NCBI GenBank assembly: GCA_028280345.1
Contig: JANQLY010000008.1
Location: forward strand, 29,198-93,197
DNA length: 64,000 nucleotides
Source: Pseudomonadales bacterium
GTDB lineage: Bacteria; Pseudomonadota; Gammaproteobacteria; Pseudomonadales; UBA7239
Reading direction: 5' to 3'
Position numbers and translations under genes: made by a program. Below, in pieces: positions 56,837 through 64,000 of this stretch (positions are counted from its first letter, which is position 1; every line of letters starts with the position of its first letter). Under the pieces are notes generated by a model. That model was not told the DNA's origin, ran no database searches, and saw only the letters and a program-made list of their open reading frames with translations.

Positions 56837-58819
56837 TTAGCTATCGTGAAAAGTATCGTAGATGGTTTGGGCCAACGTGCGACTGATGCCCGGCACCCGC
56901 GCCAGTTCGTCAACGCCGGCTCGTGTGATTGCCTGTTGACCACCAAAGAAGCGCAATAATTCGCGGCGGCGCTTGGCACCTACGCCAGGAATACCTTCGA
57001 GGGTTGAGGTGCGGCGTTTTTTATCGCGCCGTTGTTTGTGGCCAGTAATCGCAAAGCGGTGTGCTTCATCGCGTATTTGTTGAATCAGATGTAATGCGCT
57101 GTTGCTTGATGACAGCACAAATTCCTTCGCTTTGTTTTTTGCGCGATTTTTTTCTGATGAATCATTTTCACTGCTATCGCGTTCTTCACTCAGATACAGG
57201 GTTTCAAAGCCGGCCTTGCGTGTGGTGCCCTTGGCCACACCGAGCAGTGTGACACCAAACACTTGCAGCTCATCCATGACCTGCTCGGCCTGACTCAACT
57301 GCCCCTTGCCGCCATCGATAAGCAAAATATCCGGCAATTTGCCCGCTTCTTCCTGCAGGCGTGTATAACGCCGTGTTAATGCCTCGCGCATTGCGGCATA
57401 GTCATCGCCACTGTTTGCGCTTTCGATATTAAAACGGCGATAGTCGGATTTCACCGCGCCAGCGGTTTCAAATACCACACAGGAAGCGACCGTGGCTTCC
57501 CCGCTGCTGTGGCTGATATCAAAACACTCAATACGCTCCGGCACCGCTTCAAGTTGCAGGGTTTCCTGTAACTGTTCAAAGCGGCGCGCAATATGCTGCT
57601 CGTTGGCCAGCCGGCCAGTGAGATTTTGTTGTGCCGTAGTATCTGCGAGCTGTATCCATTTTTGTCGCCCGCCACGCACCTGATGGGTGATTTGTAATTT
57701 GTGTCCGGCAGCTTCCGATAACGCATCCGCAATCAGTTTGCGATCTTCACCGAGGTCGATGGCAGTAATAATCTCCCGTGGAAATTCCCGACCGTCGTGC
57801 GCGAGATAATACTGGGGCAAAAATGCGGCGAGAATTTGCCTGATGTCATCTTCGAGTTTGATACGTGGATAATAACTGCGACTGCCGAGCACACGCCCCT
57901 GGCGAACACATAGCATTTGTACGCAGGCCATACCCTGATCATAGGCTGCCGCAAACACATCCACATTACCTGCGCCCTCTTCTATTACCTGCTGTTCCTG
58001 CACACGGCGCAGATGGGTGATCTGATCGCGACAGGCCGCGGCCTGCTCAAATTCCAGATTCGCAGAAGCCGCATCCATCTGTTTGACCAGCTCATCAGTA
58101 ATGCGCTCTTCCTTACCTTCGAGAAACATTTGTGTGTGGCGCACATCCTCGTCGTATTGTTCTTTTGTGACCGCACCGACACAGGGAGCGGTACAGCGAT
58201 CAATCTGGTACTGCAAACACGGGCGCGAGCGATTGCGAAAAAACGAGTCCTCACACTGGCGCACGCGAAAGATTTTTTGCAGCAGGTTAAGGCTTTCTTT
58301 GACTGAGCCCGCACTTGGAAACGGCCCATAGTATTTCCCCTTGCGTCGTTTACTGCCGCGGTGATACGCAAGGCGCGGATAATCATCTTCGGTGGAAATA
58401 TAGATATAGGGATAGGATTTATCGTCGCGCAGCAAAATATTGTACGGCGGACGCTGTTGTTTAATCAGGTTATGTTCAAGTAACAGTGCTTCGGTTTCGG
58501 TGTGGGTGACGGTCACTTCAATATGGGCAATACGCGCCACGAGTGACAGGGTTTTGCTACCGAGGCGACTTTTCTGGAAATAACTCGACAGGCGTTTTTT
58601 GAGATTCTTTGCCTTGCCGACGTAAAGGATCTCGCCGGACTGATCAAACATCTGGTAAACACCGGGGCTACCGGTTTGCTCGGCAAGGAAACGTTTTGCA
58701 TCAAACTCACTGGTCGATTCATCCGCCCCGGACTCGGCATCACTCGTTATGAGCTTGCCCACTCTCGCACTGGAGGTGGACGTTTCATCCGGTGAATCAG
58801 GTTTGGAAGCTCGGGGCAT
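56837..58819 (-). CDS. uvrC: Excinuclease ABC subunit C
   Basis: 660 aa. It has the GIY-YIG domain [30 protein letters not shown], a UVR domain and a C-terminal HhH2. The ~40-aa N-terminal extension relative to E. coli leaves the start uncertain. Confidence 0.93.
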   Translation of the reverse strand: MPRASKPDSPDETSTSSARVGKLITSDAESGADESTSEFDAKRFLAEQTGSPGVYQMFDQSGEILYVGKAKNLKKRLSSYFQKSRLGSKTLSLVARIAHIEVTVTHTETEALLLEHNLIKQQRPPYNILLRDDKSYPYIYISTEDDYPRLAYHRGSKRRKGKYYGPFPSAGSVKESLNLLQKIFRVRQCEDSFFRNRSRPCLQYQIDRCTAPCVGAVTKEQYDEDVRHTQMFLEGKEERITDELVKQMDAASANLEFEQAAACRDQITHLRRVQEQQVIEEGAGNVDVFAAAYDQGMACVQMLCVRQGRVLGSRSYYPRIKLEDDIRQILAAFLPQYYLAHDGREFPREIITAIDLGEDRKLIADALSEAAGHKLQITHQVRGGRQKWIQLADTTAQQNLTGRLANEQHIARRFEQLQETLQLEAVPERIECFDISHSSGEATVASCVVFETAGAVKSDYRRFNIESANSGDDYAAMREALTRRYTRLQEEAGKLPDILLIDGGKGQLSQAEQVMDELQVFGVTLLGVAKGTTRKAGFETLYLSEERDSSENDSSEKNRAKNKAKEFVLSSSNSALHLIQQIRDEAHRFAITGHKQRRDKKRRTSTLEGIPGVGAKRRRELLRFFGGQQAITRAGVDELARVPGISRTLAQTIYDTFHDS

Positions 58820-58884
58820 GCACCTGTGCCATTACGCTATCGCGTGGTTATTAGATCAGGTGTCTATTATAGCGGTTTTAGCCC

Positions 58885-59538
58885 TTATTTCATTTCCTCG
58901 GCATTAATCACGCCGTGCTTGACCGCGAGCATCGCCAGTTCCATATCGCTGTTGATTTTCAGCTTGTTAAACACACGGTAACGGTAGGTGTTAACGGTTT
59001 TATAGCTTACGTTGAGTTTGTCGGCGATCTCGGTGGTTTTAATCCCTTCAATCACCATGAGGCTGGTTTGCAGTTCTCTTTCGGAAAGTTTGTCAAACGG
59101 TGAATCGGTGCCGCCATTGAGGTTGTCCATGGCCATTTCCTGCGCCACCTGCTTGCTGATATAACGCTTGCCGCTGGCAACAGCACGTATCGCTTCCACC
59201 ATTTCGTCGATATCCGCATCCTTGGTAATAAAACCCGATGCACCACCGTCGAGCAAACGCTGCGGGAACGGATTCTCACCGCAGCCAGTGACCGCAAGAA
59301 CTTTGGTCTCCGGTGCAGAGCGCACAATCGACTTGGTTGCACCAATGCCGCCAATACCTGGCATACGAACATCCATCAACACCACGTCAGGTTTGAGTGC
59401 CTTCACAAGGTCAATGGCTTCTTCACCACTATCCGCTTCACCGGCAATATGAAAACCGTCCATGTCCTCGAGCATGCGTGCCAACGCTGCTCGTACCAGA
59501 TGTTGATCATCAACAACCAGGATACTGATATCCGTCAT
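58885..59538 (-). CDS. uvrY: Two-component response regulator, UvrY/GacA (NarL/FixJ) family
   Basis: The track ORF reaches 59625, but the homologous protein starts at ATG 59538: MTDISILVVDDQHLVRAALARML...VVLMDVRMPG. It has a C-terminal LuxR HTH (LSERELQTSLMVIEGIKTTEIADKLNVSYKTVNTYR) and sits upstream of uvrC, as in E. coli. Confidence 0.9.
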   Translation of the reverse strand: MTDISILVVDDQHLVRAALARMLEDMDGFHIAGEADSGEEAIDLVKALKPDVVLMDVRMPGIGGIGATKSIVRSAPETKVLAVTGCGENPFPQRLLDGGASGFITKDADIDEMVEAIRAVASGKRYISKQVAQEMAMDNLNGGTDSPFDKLSERELQTSLMVIEGIKTTEIADKLNVSYKTVNTYRYRVFNKLKINSDMELAMLAVKHGVINAEEMK

Positions 59539-59774
59539 AGTACAATCACTCTGTACAACCACCTGGTACAGCCATTTAGTAAAACCTGGTGCACCAGTTA
59601 TTCTTAACTGCCGGTTGTAACCCATGACGTTCTACACATATCAACCGGTAAGAAGCCCGAATGATGTCCGGCTTCGATATGCTTTCCGTTGCAACACTTC
59701 TATTCTTCACGAAAACCACAAAAGATCAACCGCTTTTCAGCAAATTCACTTTAAATGCTAAACACGCCTTGACA

Positions 59775-60407
59775 TCAGGTGTTAATCTGCACCAGGCGAA
59801 ATGTCAGGTTGATACGAGGTTTGTCGATACCCTTCTCTTTCGGCACACTGTGACACCAAAGGCGTTGTATCCGGCCACGCATTAGCAGTAGTGAACCCGC
59901 CGGCAAATGCAATTCAAGACTGTTGCGCTGTGTCTGTTTTTTGTACTGCTGTTTTTTTGTCGGTTTTATCAGAAAACGACGCGTTTCACCCAGGCTTAAT
60001 GAAGCAATCGTCGGTGCTGCTCCAAGTTCAGGCTCATCGTCACTGTGCCAGCCGACACTGTCATTGCCGTTGCGATACAGATTGAGCAAAACACTGTTGT
60101 AGACACTGTCTGTACATTGCTCAATACGCTGCTTGAGATACAACAGCTCATCACTCCAGGGGGTTGGTGTATGCACTACACCGGAATAGCGGTAACCCGC
60201 ACCCGGATCACCATACCAGGCGGTGAGTCGCGGTGCCGGATGTGACTTGCCATAAACGGTTACCGTTTCTTCCTGCCAATCCACATGATTATAGAGAGAA
60301 GTAAAAACCCGCTCAGCGGTTTCGGGTTTAAGAAATTGTTCGCAATAACACAGTTGGCAATCCGGCGTGCCCGGCAAGTCGATAATTTCAAACAGGTCAG
60401 CGTTCAT
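59775..60407 (-). CDS. AlkB-family Fe(II)/2-oxoglutarate-dependent dioxygenase (nucleic-acid oxidative demethylase)
   Basis: 210 aa. Motifs RLTAWYGD, NLYRNGNDSVGWHSDDEPELG (HxD) and RINLTFR match the ALKBH2/3-like type. Confidence 0.8.
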   Translation of the reverse strand: MNADLFEIIDLPGTPDCQLCYCEQFLKPETAERVFTSLYNHVDWQEETVTVYGKSHPAPRLTAWYGDPGAGYRYSGVVHTPTPWSDELLYLKQRIEQCTDSVYNSVLLNLYRNGNDSVGWHSDDEPELGAAPTIASLSLGETRRFLIKPTKKQQYKKQTQRNSLELHLPAGSLLLMRGRIQRLWCHSVPKEKGIDKPRINLTFRLVQINT

Positions 60408-60420
60408 TAAACCGAACCTT

Positions 60421-61443
60421 TCACAGAATCGTAGGTTCTATCTCCAGCTCCACAGAGAATTTTTCGCGCACATCAGCCGCAATCTTTTCTGCCAACTGTA
60501 AAATGTCTGCGCCTTTGGCGTTACCGTGGTTCATCAGCACCAGTGCCTGACGTTCAAACACACCCACATCTCCTTCGCGATAGCCTTTCCATCCCGCACG
60601 GTCAATCAGCCATCCTGCTGCTAGCTTGTAGTTATCACCGAATTCATACGCTACAAGATCCGGGTATTTTTCTTTCAAGGTTTGATAGTGACCTGCTGTA
60701 ACAATCGGATTTTTAAAAAAACTGCCCGCATTTGGTTGCTCCGCAGGATTCGGTAAACGCTGTTGGCGTATCTCGACCACCGCAGCAAATACCTGCTGCG
60801 GTGTCACATTGTCTGCATCCTGACCTTGAAAATAGTCGGCCAGTATCTGGTAAGACAAATTGATATTTGCGCGTTTGGACAAACGTAAATTAAGCGCCGT
60901 GATCAGATAGCGCCCTGGCTGTTGTTTGAAAAGGCTGTCGCGATAGGTAAAACCGCAGGCACTGTTATCCAATATCACTAATTTTGAAAGTTCAGTATCA
61001 AACGCTTCAACACTTTCAACAAACTGCTGAATTTCCACACCATAGGCGCCAATATTCTGGATCGGTGCCGCGCCAACACGCCCTGGAATCAGCGCAAGGT
61101 TTTCCAAGCCGTACCAGTGCTGTTGCAAACAGTGAGCGACAAAGTTGTGCCAGTTTTCACCGGCGGCGACTTTTATTATTACCTTATCATCCTGCTCTTC
61201 GCCAGACGCTTCATTCAATTCAATGCCACGCAGATTGTTTTGAATGATCAAACCGCGATAGTCATCGGACAACACCAGGTTGCTACCATCGCCAATTACC
61301 CGCACAGGAATACCCTGCTCACGCGCAAATGCCCAGGCCTGTTCGAGTTCAGCAACAGTTTCCACACACACAAAGTAATCGGCACACTGATCCAGTGCCA
61401 GTGTGTTACAGCTGCGCAGTGAAACTTGTTGCTGAATATCCAT
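60421..61443 (-). CDS. murB: UDP-N-acetylenolpyruvoylglucosamine reductase
   Basis: 340 aa with an FAD-binding PCMH domain (VIGDGSNLVL) and the C-terminal GSFFKNP and AAGWLID motifs. Confidence 0.92.
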   Translation of the reverse strand: MDIQQQVSLRSCNTLALDQCADYFVCVETVAELEQAWAFAREQGIPVRVIGDGSNLVLSDDYRGLIIQNNLRGIELNEASGEEQDDKVIIKVAAGENWHNFVAHCLQQHWYGLENLALIPGRVGAAPIQNIGAYGVEIQQFVESVEAFDTELSKLVILDNSACGFTYRDSLFKQQPGRYLITALNLRLSKRANINLSYQILADYFQGQDADNVTPQQVFAAVVEIRQQRLPNPAEQPNAGSFFKNPIVTAGHYQTLKEKYPDLVAYEFGDNYKLAAGWLIDRAGWKGYREGDVGVFERQALVLMNHGNAKGADILQLAEKIAADVREKFSVELEIEPTIL

Positions 61444-61464
61444 GGGTTGTTATCTCACCACTCG

Positions 61465-61941
61465 CTACCAGCGCTGCTGAATGGTATCAAGCAAACCCCG
61501 TGAAGCATCTTCGACAAGATCCAGCACGAGCTCAAATCCTTCATCGCCTTCGTAGTAAGGATCCGGCACCTGCTTGTGGGTACGCTGCTTGCTAAAGTCG
61601 AGGAATAAACTGACATGGCCATGATAGTCCGCCGGTTTCATCGCCTCGAGTACACCGAGGTTCATACGGTCCATCGCAAGAATAAAATCAAAGGCTTGAA
61701 AATCTTCAGGCTTTAACTGGCGCGCACGCAACGTCGATAAATCGTAATCCCGTTTGGCCGCAGCCTTGATCGCACGACTATCGGGTTTTTCGCCGATATG
61801 GAACGAACCGGTACCGCAGGAATCTACGAGAATGCGGTCAGCCAGGCTTTGCTGCTCCACAAGTTGACGAAACACACCATCGGCTGTCGGGGAACGACAG
61901 ATATTGCCGAGGCAGACAAATAACACACTGCTTTTGCTCAC
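61465..61941 (-). CDS. Low-molecular-weight protein-tyrosine phosphatase
   Basis: 158 aa with the P-loop VLFVCLGNICRSPTADG and DPYY near the C-terminal third. Confidence 0.9.
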   Translation of the reverse strand: MSKSSVLFVCLGNICRSPTADGVFRQLVEQQSLADRILVDSCGTGSFHIGEKPDSRAIKAAAKRDYDLSTLRARQLKPEDFQAFDFILAMDRMNLGVLEAMKPADYHGHVSLFLDFSKQRTHKQVPDPYYEGDEGFELVLDLVEDASRGLLDTIQQRW

Positions 61942-62256
61942 ACAGACTCCTGAAGGTTAAACCAAAAAACTATAAGCTATTGATTTTAATGGATTTTATA
62001 GCTCACCTCAAATATATCCCGTTATATTCGCGAGCCAGCTTATTTACGGCAGGCAAAATACATTGCAAGAGCACCTATTGCAACTTGCTAACCTGGCAGT
62101 AAGTATATCTGGCATCAGACTAGGTAATCTCGTGATAATAGGCGTGCCCTGAGAAGGCCTTCCAGCCATCAAGCGCATTAAATTAATTTAATTTTTAAAA
62201 GAAATCCCCCATTGCTCACTTCCACAGCAACATGCATAACGTGCTTTATACAGTTA

Positions 62257-62625
62257 TCACTCAGAGATTTTTATGAACTTTTTCAAGACATCTGAAGAAA
62301 CATCTTCAGAATCCAGCCTAACTTTTCGAACCACTTCTTTAAATTCAGGATTCAAATTAATGTAGTCTTCTATTATTGAAATATATAAATTACCATGATA
62401 AACCATTAAATCTTCCAATGGGCCCGCTCCAAGCGACTCCAATATTTTTTGTGAACTATTAGCCTCAAAAACCGCTTTTACAATCTCAAAAAGGTTATCT
62501 GGATCAGATATCGCCATCTCGATACATTTATCAACAGCCCAACTTCTCTCCTTATAGCCCACTTCATCAACATCAAAGCACTGAGCCTCTATCCAATTTT
62601 TGGCAATATTCTCTATATCCAACAT
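62257..62625 (-). CDS. Hypothetical small cytoplasmic protein (122 aa from ATG 62625; the track ORF extends to 62706)
   Basis: AT-rich ORF reading MLDIENIAKNWIEAQ...LESLGAGPLEDLMVYHG... The 27-codon upstream extension is antisense to the integrase remnant and is probably not translated. Confidence 0.5.
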   Translation of the reverse strand: MLDIENIAKNWIEAQCFDVDEVGYKERSWAVDKCIEMAISDPDNLFEIVKAVFEANSSQKILESLGAGPLEDLMVYHGNLYISIIEDYINLNPEFKEVVRKVRLDSEDVSSDVLKKFIKISE

Positions 62626-62636
62626 TTTTATAATAA

Positions 62637-62894
62637 ACCTCTGGTTGCCCATATCAGGGTAGCACTTATCGCAGCCCCGGCCAGTGCCGCCACACATATG
62701 GTTCACAGTGTATTAGCCACTACATTCCTCTGGAACTTGTTACTCACAATATGGGCCACACATCTTCTGCCATGATTCGTAAGCACTATGGTAAGTGGAT
62801 ACCGGCAGACTCACCAGACAGGTCTGACATCCTTAACGATGCTTTCGGCTTCAAAACGACAACCACCAAGACACCTATCCTTGCAAGCAAGTAA
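62637..62894 (+). pseudogene. 5'-truncated tyrosine recombinase (phage-type integrase) remnant; only the C-terminal ~70-85 codons remain
   Basis: Hand translation gives ...CRHTYGSQCISHYIPLELVTHNMGHTSSAMIRKHYGKWIPADSP...ASK*. This matches the box II region RHT(Y/F)(A/G)S ... LGH.S..M...Y with the catalytic Tyr. The frame is closed by TAA at 62634-62636 and has no plausible start for a full-length protein. Confidence 0.6.
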
Positions 62895-62969
62895 TACCCA
62901 AGTACGTACTACCACAACAACTTCTTATCCAAAGGTAAGATAATTTGCATAAACAATGGAGCCACGATA

Positions 62970-63458
62970 TTAATCAAGCAAAGCCGAATAGCAGCCAAGT
63001 GAAGAAATTTTAGACTTCAAGCCAGATTTCATAGAATCGCTAAGCAGATAACGAATGTTGCATTTTCCTTCAGAAGTATGAGAGTTTGTAGAACCATCAA
63101 CAGAATAAACTATGAAGACCTGCTCAGGATCATCTGAAAATTCAACCCATACATTTTCAAATGAGCAACATTCAGGAATTCTGATAAAAGAGCTTCTCCT
63201 GTCATAAATGCGCTTTTCTGAGCCCAACACAACCATGGCATATACATCTTCACCCTTCGAATCTATGGTAACGGAACCATTTACACCTGAAGCAGGATGA
63301 ACGAAACCAACGCCCCACATATTCGGAGCCTCTTCTCGCAATCGAGGCTCAGGCAGCACAGATTGCATAGACACGTCACCGGCTGCTTCCGCCATTGAAC
63401 CCGGCGAATATAGACAGAATGAAAAAAGAGCAAAATAGAGTAACGTTTTATTCATCAT
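62970..63458 (-). CDS. Small secreted hypothetical protein (paralogue A)
   Basis: 162 aa with signal peptide MMNKTLLYFALFSFCLYSPGSMAEA. It is a paralogue of the next ORF. Confidence 0.6.
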   Translation of the reverse strand: MMNKTLLYFALFSFCLYSPGSMAEAAGDVSMQSVLPEPRLREEAPNMWGVGFVHPASGVNGSVTIDSKGEDVYAMVVLGSEKRIYDRRSSFIRIPECCSFENVWVEFSDDPEQVFIVYSVDGSTNSHTSEGKCNIRYLLSDSMKSGLKSKISSLGCYSALLD

Positions 63459-63623
63459 ATAAATGTCCGAAATTATCTTTCGTGAATGGAACGCCGCTTG
63501 TACGAACGCCCCCTAGCACTGCATCATCTGCAAAAACACCCGGCTATGCCACAAAGACCCAGACAGGGCCATAGAAATATTAACGAAGTATTCTGAGCAG
63601 CAGCAAGACAAAAACCGCCTCAC

Positions 63624-64000
63624 TCACCACCAATTATCCCAATCGGCGACATGGCAATTTCCAACTATCATCACTGGTTTCTTTTCCTGCTCAATGAAAA
63701 CAACTTCACTGCCAAGAACACGAAAGTTACAATTTCCATGCTCATCCAGCGTATTCATTGTTCCATCCTTAGAATAGACAATATACACATTATCTATCTT
63801 ATCTTCATCCTTGGAAAACTTTACCCACGCACTTTGTTGAACAGAAAATATTGAATCAAAAGTATAAAAATCCCTTTTCTTGTATATTCTTTCATCGTCT
63901 CCCAAAGAAACCACCCCATATGAATACTCGCTATTTGTATCAATCCTTACACTGCCTGCAAGCCCCGATACGGGATGCACAAAAAAAACCTGCCAGACCC
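63624..64000 (-). CDS. Small hypothetical protein (paralogue B), 5' end beyond the right window edge
   Basis: The track gives 118 aa from GTG 63980, but the frame stays open to position 64000 (..VWQVFFVHPVSG). This aligns with ..MWGVGFVHPASG in the middle of paralogue A, so the true start lies outside the window. Confidence 0.55.
   Translation of the reverse strand, partial: VWQVFFVHPVSGLAGSVRIDTNSEYSYGVVSLGDDERIYKKRDFYTFDSIFSVQQSAWVKFSKDEDKIDNVYIVYSKDGTMNTLDEHGNCNFRVLGSEVVFIEQEKKPVMIVGNCHVADWDNWW

Overview
This is a 64-kb chromosomal segment with gammaproteobacterial-type core synteny, coded almost entirely on the minus strand. It has five parts. (1) Positions 1-27,694 are one uninterrupted minus-strand ORF of at least 9,231 codons. 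It has no stop codon inside the window, so the supplied ORF track does not list it. It encodes a giant secreted repeat protein with a signal peptide, a long array of ~100-aa bacterial Ig-like modules, IPT/TIG-like modules and several LVIVD-type beta-propeller blocks. Its C-terminus lies beyond the left edge. A phased 21-bp x 5-6 tandem repeat sits in the AT-rich region upstream of it. (2) Positions 28.2-41.1 kb are a housekeeping block: Rrf2 regulator, gor, cysG, serS, crcB, rarA, lolA, ftsK, trxB, aat, bpt, infA. (3) Positions 42.2-55.3 kb are a visibly lower-G+C island of about 13.2 kb, bracketed by an imperfect 17-19-bp direct repeat and lacking any recombinase gene. It carries one tightly packed eight-gene minus-strand operon: small HTH protein, SNF2 helicase, AIPR-like protein, two paralogous Mod-type N6A methyltransferases with divergent central regions, a type III Res-like helicase-nuclease, an orphan 217-aa protein, and a 441-aa protein with a wHTH-like region and a NucS/DUF91-like PD-(D/E)xK domain. 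I cannot match this gene content to a named defence system, and it is the best candidate for an undescribed system. (4) Next come tRNA-Leu(UAA), tRNA-Cys(GCA), a decayed tRNA-Cys-like relic, then pgsA-uvrC-uvrY, an AlkB-family dioxygenase, murB and a low-molecular-weight tyrosine phosphatase. (5) Positions 62-64 kb are a degraded accessory region with a tyrosine-recombinase C-terminal remnant, a small orphan gene and two paralogous small secreted proteins, the last running off the right edge. No CRISPR array or rRNA was seen. All calls rest on hand translation and motif recognition only. No database search was run.
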